Source of the DNA: Paragordius varius
Lineage: Eukaryota; Animalia; Nematomorpha
DNA: 64,000 nucleotides
Direction of reading: 5' to 3'
NCBI GenBank assembly: GCA_964247055.1
Contig: OZ176056.1
Span: 9,362,001 to 9,426,000 of the forward strand
The notes under the pieces are model-generated. The model was not told where the DNA came from and made no database searches. It saw only the letters and a list, made by a program, of their open reading frames with translations. Both the position numbers and the translations under genes were made by a program. Every line of letters starts with the position of its first letter. Position 1 is the stretch's first letter. Positions 36,472 through 51,000 of the stretch are shown piece by piece.

Positions 36472-39030
36472 TTAAATATTAGGTTGCAAAAGGAGAGAAA
36501 ATTTTTGTAAAATTTGGTGAAAGAAAGGACGAGAATGTTGGTTGAAAGTCCACAATGTATCTTTAATATACTCGCCTAGATATGAGGGACAAATCTCGGG
36601 TAGGGGTAATCTCCAACCATCCTTTATCTATGATTACAGAAATCAAACATTTTAACAAGATAAATATGTAATGTTATATGTAATTAAATTGCGTGAAATA
36701 AAAGTTATTACTAGTTGTTCCATTAATACAGTCACTTGTTCATTGTTGGATATAGGAAGAGCAGGTCCTAATAATTGAAAAACCAAATATAGTAAATATT
36801 TAGGAGGATTATATTTTAAACTCTGTAGAATATAAACTTACGTATTTTGGGGTTATTTTGATCAGTCCCGTTGATTAAATCATTATAATATTGAGAAATG
36901 ATTTTGGATTTAGTTTGTGGTAGTGTAAAGATTTCTTCATTGATATATGAATGGTGGGGTTTATGGTTTAACGTTCTCGATGATTTCAAATTCTGCATTT
37001 CGTGAGAGTTTTGTGTGATGGAAAACATGGTTTGAGAAAGGGTTATGCTAGAGTTTGTTAAAATTTCCCAACAAACACTCCCAAAAGACCATACATCAGA
37101 TTTTGTGGTAATTGCGTTTGTGTCCTAATTAGGATGATTTTCTTTAGTTTTACGAATCAAAGGGGAAAAAATGTAGATTATAATACCGCTTACTTTAAAT
37201 AATTCGGGTGCCATCCAACCCAAATCGGATAAAACAATGTCATTTTCATCGTTGGGTTGGCCCTTATTTGATTTGTCTATATAATCGTTGCTGTTTATAG
37301 CATTTCGACACTTTCTCCCAAAATGAGCAATTTTAACTGTCTTGCCTTCATTCGTAATAAGAATATGACAAGCCTTAAGATCTCCATGAACTATTCCCAA
37401 TTCATCGTATAAAAACGCCATGCCCTATTTTCATATTGAATGTAATGAAAAATTGAAACTATAGATAGACAAAACGTAACAACATAGACAAATATTTTTT
37501 CAAAAAAACCGCTGAAACTTTTTAAGCTTAAATTGCAAAGTATGAAAGAGATATGTAAATAGATAACACAAATTATATGTTTTGCTGTAAAAAATATAAA
37601 AATGTTTGGTGTTGTCTTTTCTAAAAAAATATTTGTCTTTACTGAACTTTAGAGAGAGTGAACACTCGCGTAAAATATTTTAACAAATATATAAAGAATA
37701 TACCCTGGCAATATCTTTCATGTAAATCATTTTTTGTCGCAAAGTTATGTCCGGGCCATTCATTTGCAAATAATTGGACAAAGCTCCCATCTCCAAGTAC
37801 TCCATAACATATTTTTGTTTAATTATAACCACCAAAGTGTTATTAAACATGTTATTCCTACTAGTATATGATATGGGCATTCTTTCATCCTTTTTATAAG
37901 AATCTGATTGGAAGACATCATTTTCATCATTACACGATAAAATGCCCTGTGGGGTACATAAAAAATAATTTAAATGTAAAATATACTGAAAGCTATACAA
38001 TATACTATTTACACTTCGATTACCCCTTGAGAAATCTTTCTGGAAAACTAATTTAAGTCAATAATAATGATATGTGAAATATTTAGGACATGTTGATTTT
38101 TTCCCATATTATATTTATTTAAAAAAATAATTTTCAAAAATATAAAAATTTTTAGATTTGGAAAAAGTTTAAGGGTGAATAATATAAAATATTAAGTGTG
38201 ATATATAAATGGTATTTTAAAGGAAAAAATTTTATACATATTCATTTTCGATGAGCATTAGCAATTTTTGAATATGTAAAAACTAAAAAAACATACAGTA
38301 ATATTTTACAGGTAAAATGTAAAACCATAAAGAAATATTAGGTCAATAAAGGCCTTTTTTTCAAATCGTTTTAAAATTTCCAAAATAAGCCCTAGAGATG
38401 GTAATTGTTAGTCTTAATTTAAATAGTAATTAAATATTTATGCAGGAAAATCAAAGTCCTAAAAATATGGTTACCTTATTAAAACAATTTTTCTATTACT
38501 TTTTACATTTTATCTGTATAATGTAAATTTTTATTGTATACCATAGAAAAGTTTGTATACCTTAATGTGTGCAATGTTTGGATGTGGATTCAGAATGAGT
38601 TTTGGTAAAATAACTTGAAATAAAGGTAAAAGCAATACATTCTTTTGAACTTCTTGTGATTTGAGTGATGTAATTTCTCGATTATCATTATTGATATTAT
38701 TAACGAATGAGGGGGATTGTTGTATGTTAAATTGTTTAATCACTACTTTTTGACGAAAAAGATCGTTGAATTTGGTCCAGCAAGCTAACCAGGTATCATC
38801 TCCATTTTTATTCTACGCACAAATAAAAAATTGATAAAATTATATCCAACAATTTAATCCTTTGATTAGTTTACAATTTTTGGTTATATGTTTTCTTCAA
38901 TCGCTCCAATTATGAGGGGTAATATTCAAAAAATCAGTAATAATACAATAAATAAGTATATTATAAGATCGTATAAATTAAAACAAGAAATAAACTCTCA
39001 CCATCTCCCCCAATGATTTAATGTAGCGAA
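36472..39030 (-). CDS. JAK: JAK JH1 kinase-fold domain, exons 18-24, catalytic motifs altered
   Basis: IKSLGEM, VVIK, REI, HPNI, VMEYLEMGALSNYL, HGDLKACH, KIAHFG, WMAPE, SDVWSFG, GWRLPLPEICP, RP.F. Confidence 0.88.
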
Positions 39031-42000
39031 TTTGGGTTTCAGAAATGGTAAAAGCATTGGCTGAATTTTTGTCATTTTGATGGTTGTTGATAGAGAACGA
39101 AACAGTATAAGAGGAAGAACTTCGTCTCAATCCATTCGAGTGAGAATCATTACTTGTTATTGCAGAAGTCAAGAAGGGTATCATTGGAACATGTTTAAAA
39201 GAACAATTGCCAAAATTGTTATATGAATAATAATAAGGATTATTGCTGTAGTTGCTATTTCCAAGCAAATAGGTTTGCGAATGTGGATGACCGATACTCC
39301 TAAGTCCAGAGTAAGAATTTGAACGAAAACGAAATTTTTTTCTTAACAACCATTTTGGTTTCGTGGTTTCCTTAATATCGCCCAAAGTAGATAAAGGAGA
39401 AGAGGCGTTGTGTGGCAAAAGCCTAATGTAAGATTTTCCGTCAGACGCCATTAAAACATTTTTTCGTGGTGACGATGTGTCGCGCTGACTATGTCTTCTC
39501 AAAAGCGTGGATAAAATGTGTTGTTTAAATTGTCGCCAAATTTTGTTGGACCTTGAGAATCGTGGACGTTGTTTTTTGAGACAAGGTGCAGGCGAAGGAG
39601 ACTGTTTTTGAGGTAGAGGGGGTAAGGGCAATTGTGTGATATGACTTTTCAGTTCGAATGAATATTTTTTTAATCGTTTCTCCTCCTCAACAACAGGGAC
39701 AAGATTATTCATTGTCATTGAATTGATATGACCATTGACAAGCGGTAAATTGGTGGAAAAACTGTTTTTTTCTTTATTTTCTACGTGTCTTTTGGGTTCG
39801 GATTCATGGATTATGTTACTATAAATAATTAAGATAAATGTTGAATATCCAAATATTTATTTAATGACATTTTAAGCCACAAATATAGTCATGTGGTGTT
39901 TTGGTATTAATGATAACTTTTTTACATAGCTTTCCTAACACTCAATTATTAAATTAATAAAAGCATTAACTTATAGCGTATTTTGTATCATAAAAAGACT
40001 TTTCAGGAACAAATAGTAAGAAATATCAATATAAAAATTAGCATTTGGTTACTTTATATCTTTATTAGGGGAATTGGTGTTTTTAAAACTCATATCGTAT
40101 TGCAGAGAGTGGGGGTCGAAAGGGCGTCTTTTCAGAGTATCTAAAAAAGGAGAGAAATACTTACAAATTTTATATAAATCCATTATAAAATATAAAAACT
40201 TTTAATTTAAAATAACGATTTTGACGATCAAGAATATTAGGTTTAATTTATTTATTTATCTCCTATTCGACCCTATCAATATTAAAGCTCAAGAGATAAG
40301 TATATTATCGAATATTGAAGCCATTTTTCATATCGACCCATTTAAATTCTTCAAAAAATTTGGAAATATATATAAAAAATAGACTCGAGTAAAAACAATT
40401 TTAAAATATAATCAAAAGTGTCACCATTAAATTTGTTACGAGTTGGTTTATTTGTCGCGTTTGAATTCACAATCATTTCATTCGGTTTATCTGTATCATT
40501 GATATCCTTGTTCAATGTAATACTATATTCACTTTCAACATCGGTGGGTGAATATAAACTTTCATTAAGGCGGCATTCATGAAAAGTAGGAAGGGGGGAT
40601 TTTAATGTTTCATGATCCACATATCCATCTGACCCAATCCCAATCTCACCAACCTGGTTCTTAAAAGACGACGTTGGCGTTGACTTAACTAAAGAGTTTG
40701 CATTTAACGGTTCTAAAGCAGGGACAGCAGAATCTAAAGTTTTATGTTCAGACTTGTTCGCATTGGGCATATGTGATTTAGAGTTGCTAGAAAAACGATG
40801 ATGATTGATTCTAACATTAGACGGTTGAGAGATTTGACCATTGCTAATAGTATTGCTCTTAACAAACGCTTTTTCTGACGTAGAATTTGTAAAATTTGTT
40901 TGGTTATCACTGTGTTGCGTTTTATTAGTTTTTAGCTGGAGTTGGGAAAATTGCTTTCGTTTTTCGCGCGTATGCAAGAGAGAATAGAATATTTGATGGG
41001 TATCTCGTACCTTGAATATCAAAAAATGAAAACATATAATAATTCCACTTTTTGCCCATTTGCAGCATTTGCCTGGATTTTTTACACATGACAAAAAATA
41101 TCCTTAGAGCTTAAAATACACTTCTCAAAGTGTCCTTTAAATACCGTAAAAATATTTTTTTCGAAAAAAGTTGAACCGAATATATATTCTACCCGATTTC
41201 GGATAAAATATAATTTATGCCTTTGATTTTAAAAGAATTTTTACTTTAAAATACCGAGTCCAAAAACCCTCTGGTAATAAGTTAAAATTTTTACTGATTT
41301 GTAATTTATCTTTATATTCCTAATACTTTTGTGAATAATCATTGATAAATTATGTATGATTACCAATTCATGAATGCGTATTCTGTGGTCTTTGTCGCGT
41401 TGCCAACATTGTAAAAGGAGAGAATATAAGCGATCAGGACAATTTGCGGGTTTGGGTAATCTAACTTCTGTTCACAATACATAATAATATGTAAAAGATA
41501 AAATTTGTTACATATCTTCATATAGGGACAAAACATAAAAGTTAAAATTTAAAAGTATCTTTAAATTAAATGACCTAATATTAAACCACCCCCATATTTC
41601 TTACATAAAACATATAAATACAGTTTTGAAATATATAATTCAGATTTACAATTTCGATTTCCAATTATTATTTTGGGAAGATAGTAAATAAGAGTTACAA
41701 TGAAGTTTTAAAAATTTGAATAATATGGTTGTCTTATAAATTTTATTTCATTCAACTTTAAAATTATGACAATTAAAAGGATAATTTGTTATAAACTATG
41801 AAATATTTTACCATGATGCATAATGTTTGATAATAAAAGTGATAATAATAAGTTGGCTTCTTTCTCAATTTTGGTTTCAAAAACTACGCTTTTTAAGCCA
41901 TTTATTTCCGTTCCGCTAAGTGAGATATCAACAACATCATTAGAAACTACAGGATTGTTTTTTGGATTTATAATACTATTTTCCTCTATAGTATTTTGTA

Positions 42001-45000
42001 ACGAGTTTAGTAAATTTCGATAGGCGGATTTAATGGAAAACTGAGAGCTGCCAGATAAGCATAAAGCACTCAATGGGTTAACCGAAGCATACATAAGACT
42101 TTCCCACAAGAATGTACCGAAAGACCAAATATCATACCCTTCATCATTACTTATTGAGTCTGAGATTGAGATAGATATTGATGGGTTAAACGGTTTATTG
42201 ATAATCTTTATTAGATTAGAATTTAATAAGGAGGGAAATTTATCGGTTAAATATTGGTTGTGCTTTGAAGTGTGTTCTCCTTCATTCTCGCTGCAGTAAA
42301 AGAGTTCGGGACTTAACCAAGGTAATCTGCGTTGAATGATATTTAAAACATATATTAAGGTTAATTCAAAGGATAAGATAGATTTGTTACAAAAAGGCGT
42401 CAAATAGAGCACACTCAAAAAACATAGATAAACTAGAGTAAAAACTAAAGAGGAAACTTTTTTTAAAAATAAAATCTTAATTTTTTCATATCTAAACAAT
42501 TTTGTATCATTTTACAGGAAAAATGAAAATTATACGGACAAAATGTAAAATGGAGAAATATTTTTTATCAAAAGACAACACACCATGCATTTTTAAACCT
42601 TATTCTTTCCCATAAAAATTATTTAAACAACCAATTTTAAAATATAAATTGATTGTGTTATCAATTCATACTTTGCAGTTTAAATAAACTGCTATATTTT
42701 TAAAAATAACATGGTTAAAAAGTATGGGGGATTTATAAAATAATATTTGTCTTATGTTTTTACATTTTGCCTGTTTTAATTCTGTATTTGTTAAAATCTT
42801 AAACTATATGTAAATTAAGAGAGAAAGCAAACTTAAATAAGGCGTGATGTGGGCAGATTGCGTATAATTTATTGAGGCCTTCATCTAAGCTTTCAAAACC
42901 TTTGCTGAGATTAGTAGTAGGCTGAGCAACAGAGCTTTTGAAATAAGCCTCAAACGGATTTATGGAAAGAACTGGATCACAAAGTTTGACAGTCCAATTT
43001 TCTGGGAATGCTTTCTCTAAATCTAAAATCATCAATAATTTAAGGTTGTTTTTGTGCATTTAAAATCATCCGTTATAAATAAATTATAAAAAACAAACAA
43101 AAATTAACAATCTATCTATATTTTAAGTGCCCACTTGTAACAAGCCGTATATATCAAAATGTATGTTATATAAAATTAATAATATTAAAGTGATAAAAAG
43201 AGAAAAACAAACCGCAGTTATCTTCAAATTTATGATTTGGTTCTGTGGGCGTCCGATCTAGTAAAATTGATTGATAAATGATATAAAAATACGTAAAAAT
43301 TTAAATTTTAAAAAATTTAATATGTTGGCTTTGAGACAAAAATACGGAAATATAAATACATGTAGATTAAAAATTCTATCGATTTAACCCAGTTAGAATT
43401 GAGCGTGCAAATTTCTAAAAATAAAATCCAAGAATCGTATCTTTGACACAACTTTTCAAAAAACATGTAAACCCAAACAATTTCAGGACTAAAATTTATT
43501 GTTTTTACAAATGCAACGGCCTCTTACTTTATTGTCCGTTTTTTTATATCGGCAAATGTGTCACTATATAAAAAAACGTGGGTTCGAACCAATTTATCAG
43601 TATATTACCTCATTAAGAATTTTAGCGATTTCTAATCTGAAGGCAATTTTTTAGCCTAATCTTTTTTTAAAATAGAGACTGTTGATTAAAGGACCACCCT
43701 TCAAGCTTTTCCCGATATAAATAAGGTAGCTTGGAAACATTTTTTTCAATCAACCCTTGAATAAAGATATAGTAAAATCAAATTGGCTATTTCATGAATA
43801 TTTAATAACCAATAAGCCGTAACCGTATGTTAAATTCCCAACCATATAAAAATTATGTGGCTAGGAAGCATTTTTGAAAGGCTAATGTTATAAGTTATTA
43901 TATGGAATCCATATAACGATTTTAGGCGGATTTTTGATCGAATTTCAAAATAAGCATTAATAAACGACCCTATAAAAATAACGTGGCTTCAAAGCAAATC
44001 TTCGGTTATATAGATTCATTATTCATTTTTGTTGGTCCTATAGATTTGGTCAATAACTTTACTTTTTTAAAAAAGCACCTATTTAGGGCCCTAAGATCGT
44101 GTCAAGGACCCAATCTTTTTCTGAAAAAATAACAATTGTACGTGGGACAACTTTTTTGTTCCAAGTATAGTAATAAAATTGTTCAAAACTTTTTAGTTTG
44201 ACGTAAACATTGACAGCTCCAATGCGATTGTGGATGAGTGCTTTCTCATGCAAAAACCACAGGGCTCGTGAAATGGTCGCCCCGGCCTCTAATATACAAC
44301 ACACATCCACTCTTTCCTTTCCAGCAGAACGCAAAAAGGTCGCCCAGGAACCAAGTTCCAACTCTTCGGTTACAATCTATCAATCAAACAAAATTATATT
44401 TTTTGTAATACTTTTATGCAAAAAAAAAAATTTGAAATTTACAGATAAAACATAAAAATCTAAATAAAAAAACTAAAAGATCGCTATTATTATATTGAAC
44501 CTTGGTTACTATAACATAACCTATATAATATATTGTAAAATGAATAATTTTTAAAATCCCCATCTGGTGAGTTATATTTTTTAAATTCAATTAATATAGT
44601 TGCCATTTTAAAAGAAATATTTTTCTAATTTTTATGAATAAATGCAAACTAAAATAGTATATAATCAAAAAAAATGGATTTTACCAATAATGGATCCAAG
44701 CATACGCCATATATTTTGACAAGCGTGGGATCCGAAATAAATGCAAATTTGTTTAATGCTTTCAAAAATGTTACGGTCGCCATTTCTTCCGTATTAATAG
44801 GGCTAAGTATATTTTATATATAAAAAGATAAAGACAAGTATGTTTCAATAAAAAGACAACCACGTCTTTAAGAAAACTTGATTTTTAAATACAGTAAAAA
44901 TTGAAATTATACGGACAAAACTTGAAAATATAAAGACAAATGTTTTTTTTTTCGAAAAACAAACCATACTTTTTTTATGTTGATTTTTTTAAATATAACT

Positions 45001-48000
45001 CATTGTTTCAAACTACAAATTTAAATAGAAACGTAAATTGATAACATAATCAAATTTGTATTTTAAAATTGTAATTAAATGTTTTTTATAGGATAAAAGG
45101 TTTAAAAGTATGGTTGTCTTTTGAAAAAAATATTTGTCTTTATATTTTTACATTTTGTCCGTATAATTTCAATTTTTACTGGATTAGTTATCGTTTTGGG
45201 TTGTAAAATAAGGAAAAGAAACATGTAAATAGTAATGAACACTGAACTATATTCTATATATTGTATTTATAATGTTTAAGTAAGTAATCAAGTTTTAAAA
45301 AAGTATGGATGGTTTTCTTTTAGAGTAAATAAATATTTGTCTTTAAATTTTAAAGTTTTGTCCATAGTATTAATTTCAATTTTTACTGTAATAGCTACCT
45401 ACCTTGATTGATTATTTGACGTATAATAAGAAGTGATTATGGTTTTAAACGAAATTGGGATTTTGTGATATTTATCTTTGTGCCAAATCCCACCAGCCAT
45501 GAGTGAGGATCGCCCATTCAAAGTATTCGAAGCATTGAATTCTCCTTCAATTAGTCCTTAAATACAGTTTAAATATAAATTATACCATTTACAGTTCAAA
45601 TTCACCTTTGAACAATTCAAATTCACCCCCCTGAACAATTCAAATTTACCCTAAAAAAGATTATGTGTTTTTTAAAATTAAAAATTACCTATATTTTTTT
45701 ATATTCTTACAAAAATCAAATTTTGTTTAAAATTAATATAATACTGAAAAAATAATAAACTATCCCATAAAGATATATTTCATATTAATGATGAGTTATA
45801 TTAGCCAAAAAACGCATAATTTATTTTTAGAGGAATTTGAATTGTTCATGGGTGAATTTAATTGTAAATGGTATATTATAGGTTTTCATAAAAAAAACAA
45901 CCATATTTTTTCCAACCTTATTTTTCCAATATGTATATTATAAATAAGAATCCCGAAATATATAATTGAGTGTGCAATCACCCAAATTAATGAGTTTAAA
46001 AAACATCAAGAATCGAAAAATATAGGAATCTTTCGATAAAAATATTTGTCTTTTAGTTTTTATTTCTTAACTAATATTAATGGTTTTTAAATAATATATA
46101 AACCATTGGACATCCAAGTCCTTTTAGATTCCAAATGTTGATTTTAATTTCTTTTGATTCCATGTAATATTAATTATCACGTATAATTAATTCATTTCCC
46201 CATCATTTTTAACCTATTCTCTTTAATTAACCTAAACTTTTAAAGTATGCCAACTTTTTTTCATTCAAAAACTGTATTTATTACTTTTTCAATAATATTT
46301 TAATTATTATTATTTAATATTATGGTTTTAATTACATAAGGGTTTTCAGTTATCTAATTTTATTTAAATTATTGACGAATTGGAGAAAATTAGTTCAAAA
46401 CAAAAAAAAATTTTTCAAAATGAAAAATGTTATTAGAAAAAAAATAAATAGAAAATAGATAATTATAGTATACTTAACAAAAATAAAAAACCAACTTGAA
46501 ATGTTTAAGAATAACCTTGAAGTGTTATAAGGGACACTCTTAAAAGCAAATGGTTATTTATTAAATTAAAGAAAAACTTGAATTTTTAGTCATTAAAGTT
46601 TGACGAGAAAATAAATTTGGTGTTCGATTGATAGTTGGACGGGAGCTCAAAGAATTATACATTTCTTCACTGCTTAAAACATCATGATATTCAACTTTAT
46701 TGTTTAAGTTAGGATTTGTGCTTTGTGTTTCAAACACTTTATCGGTTTTATCATTAAAATGGGCAGTTTTTTGCAAAGTTATTGGGGGTTCCGTTTCCAC
46801 CAAGTATTGTTGTGGATTATTGTAAAACTTAGACTTATGTTTGTTATCATAGGAAGAAAAAGGTAATTCTAAATCCGCGAAAGCTATAAAGAGCAAAGGG
46901 GCCGCTTTTATAAGTTGATATTGTTGATAATTATCGCAGTCTACTAAATTGCGTTTGTGAGATTGGTTGATAATGGGTTCAGACCCATCATCATTTTTAT
47001 TTCCATTTACAGAATGATTCAAGGAATTTTCCGCCGAAAACGAATGATTTCCAATGAGACCGGCTGGATCGAGTATTTGTTTGAGAGCTATTTGCAACGT
47101 GGCATATTGAGCCAATCTTTCATCACTGTTGAATGTTAAACTTTTCGTTCGATGATTCGTTTTTTCACTCAAGTCAAACAAGTATCGATTACACAGCAGG
47201 AGTTCAGGAGCTAAATCATAATCGGAGGGCGGAATACACTTGGTGGGGTAAGTAAAAGGAACTCTCTCCCCACCACTCGAGTAAGCTTTTAACAAGGCTC
47301 GTAAGTTGGCGTATTGCAAAGGTTTTTGCTGTTGTTGAGATGGTAAAATGTTATCAGTATCAAGCTTTTCACCTAGAAATGTCCAATAGGAATTAGATTG
47401 TGGCGGTATTTGTAATAATGCTTTTATCATTTTGTTTTGGGGCAAGGAAGGATTGTTGAAATCTGATTCGTTTGTTTTGATAACAGATGTTGCATTTTCC
47501 GTGCTGTTTAAGAGTTGAATGGGTTCCTCATCAAAATTTTCTAAACCATATAACATAAAATATACACACCATTTACACCTAAAATTTAACCTAAATATAA
47601 ATTACGTGTTTTGGTGGGTTAATATACCATTTGCACTTCAAGAGTGTCCTTAAACAATTCAAGTTGGTCCTTGAACAATTCAAGTTGGTCCTTGAACAGT
47701 TTAAGTTGATCCTTGAACAATTCAAGTTGGTCCTTGAACAGTTCAAGTTGGTCCTTAAAATTTATAAATTTTGATTTAACCATAATTTTTGCATTTATTT
47801 TTTTATTTAATTATTTATTAACATAATTTTCTTTATTATATATTTATTCATTTAAAAATAAATTTTTTTATTGAAAAACCACTTTTTTGTTTAAAACTAT
47901 TTTTTTTTTCAATTGAACAAAATTATTGACTTTTAAATTTTTTTAATGAATTAATTACCCAGAAAACTTATATATTTTTTCATTTCGTGTTAAAATCTTA

Positions 48001-51000
48001 TAAATATCTAAATTTATTTTAAGAAATTAATAAAGATATACGGTTTTCAAAGATTAAGAGTTGATATCGATCTAAAATTTATGTTAAATAATAGAAAATA
48101 GGTTAAAAACAATAAAATAGACGAATTATTTTCGATTTGATTGATAAAAGTTAAAAACAAAACAAAAAAGTTAAAGGACCAACTTGAATTGTTCAAGGAC
48201 CAACTTGAACTGTTCAAGTATATATTATTTTTGTATTATAGTAAAATTTTAAACGTTAAAATTAAAAATCAAAGCAAATTTTTTTAAAAAAATAACCACA
48301 TTTTTTTAAACCTTAATTTTTTGCCTAAAAACATTTTTCTACAGGGGTAAGAATATAATAATTTTGTGCGTTACCAATTTACATCTCATTTATCTTTACA
48401 TGGCAATTTAAAACAATGAGAGTTACATTGATAAAAATCATTTCCATATATATCGTATTCAAAAATGGTTTAAGTTTTATTTTTTGAAAAAAGAGATTTT
48501 TTGATAATTTGCGCATAACAAGGATGCAACGTACATTCGATGCAGAAAAATTACTATCAATTGTATTAAACATTTAGTGCCATTTTAACTATTAATCTTG
48601 GCTTTTGGGCAGAAAAAAAACTCTCTAAATCTAAAAACTCAGTTGATAAATCTTATAGTAAAAATAAGCACAGTAAAAATTAAAATTATACGGAAAAACG
48701 ATAAAATATAAGGACAATTTTTTTTGAATAGACAACCAACCATACTTTTTTTAGCTTCATTTTTGTAAATATAACTCATTATTTCAAATTTCATATTATA
48801 GAATTAATATCTATAATGGTGACACAATAAATTACATATTAATTGTAAATAATTTATATGAGAAAAATTAAGGTTTAAAAAAAGTATGGTAGTTGTCATT
48901 TAGAAAAAAATATTTGTGTTGTTTTTTAACGTTTTGTCTGTATAGTTTAATTTCAATTTTTACTGTAAAAAATAAAATCAATCGTGACTTTTATTTGGAT
49001 CCTACTTTGTGTAAGATCTAACTCACTGGAAAAATCCTTGATGTTGGAAAAATTTAGTGGTACACGTAAAAGGGACCGAAGAAAGATAAAGTAAATAAAA
49101 GTCAATATTCTAATCTACAAGAAACGTATGCAATTTTGGCAGAATTTAACCTTAAAAAACTAAAAAGATAGCAACCTATGGGGGAGAGAAGTTTTATTGA
49201 CAATAGATATTGCAAAAGGTCGACCTCGATTGTAGCAATACATACACATACACACACACATATATATACATACTGTGTGCAAAAAAATTTAACGAAAAAA
49301 TTTTTTTTTCATGAAATAGGTTATGACCAGCGTATTGATTTACCGCAACAATTTTTATTTGTTAACAACCTAGTTTTTGAAATATTGAGAGAATATCGAA
49401 ATTGGGCAAAAAGTGAAAATTAAGGATAATTCAAAAAATAATGATAAAATCTGAAATATTATCCATTTAGGAGATATTTTCAATAGATAAATAGCCTAAA
49501 ATCATATAGTTACGGTTTCTATAAAATTTCAGGTGAAAAGATGGCGTTTTTCTTTTATTACACTTAAAAGACAAAATTAATTTAATGAAACTATATTAAA
49601 ATAATATTTTTTAATTATTTAGTATCTAAATTCACTATTAAAATCTTAACATTCATATTTTATTCAGTAAAATAAACTTCTAGATCAAAATAAAACAAAA
49701 AAAATTGTTTTTTATTTTTGCATTTTTTTGTCATCTGGTTTATGAGTGTAAAAATTTATAGTTTTATTTTGAATTCTCACATCATCAGGAATTATTAAGT
49801 ATATAATCTATGCACAATAGGTTTGAAAATTAGTGGAATATCAACCAACAATCCGTACAAATCCCAATACATATATGAATTTGTCATAAAAGAGACTTGT
49901 TAGAGGAAATTGTAAGGATTGTTGGTTGATATTCCACTACTAAATCCTATTTTGCATAAATTATATACTTAATATTTCCTAATCATGTTAGAATCCAAAA
50001 TAAAACAGTATAAATTTTTTATATACTCATAAATCAGATGACAAAAAAATGCAAAAATAAAAAACAATTTTGGTTTTATTTTGATCTAGAAGTTTATTTT
50101 ACTGAATAAAATATGAATATTTAATAGCTAGTTAAGGTAGTAAATAATTAAAAAAATTATTTTAATACAGTTTCATCAAATTTTTTTGTTTTTTAAGTGT
50201 GATAAAACAAAAACGCTATCTTTTGACCTGAAATTTTATAGAAACCGTAACTATATTATTTTAGGCTATTTATATATTGAGAATATCTCCTAAAATGATA
50301 ATAAACCATAATATTTCAGATTTTATCATTTTTTTTTGAATTATCCTTAATTATCCTTAATTTTCACTTTTTGTCCGATTTCGATTTTCTCTCAATATCT
50401 CAAAAGCTAGGTTTTCAACAAATAAAAATTTTTGCGGCAAATGAATACGCTGGTCATAAGCTATCTCATGAACAAAATTTTTTTTTCGTTAAATCAAAAT
50501 AACCCTCTTTTTTGCACACAGTATATATATTTAAAAAATGTATATATATATAGTTTAATAGAGTTTACCTTGAATGACAAATGTTTGTATCCTGTATTGA
50601 ATATCATGATGTGCGGTTTGATCTTGAAATTTGCCTGAATTAGCTTTGTATCGGGGTTGATCTTAACGTAATGTAATATACAATAAAAATTAAAATTAAA
50701 GGTAAAAACATAAAGAAAATATTTGAAAGAGACCGCTATATTATTAAATTATTTTTTTAAAAATTCATTAGAAATGCAATAAAAATTAAGACGCTGTAGA
50801 TTTGTCGATTAATAATATCATTAAAAATTGGGATATAATATATGTTGGAAAAAGGATTTATTGTTTATCTATGTAATAATTTTAATTTTTACTGTATTTC
50901 AAGACTATAATATGTTATAATTTTGGGTTGCAAACATGGAATATAGATATAATTTTTTAATAATTCAATTATATCATTTAAAATTGTGATAAAAAAAATA

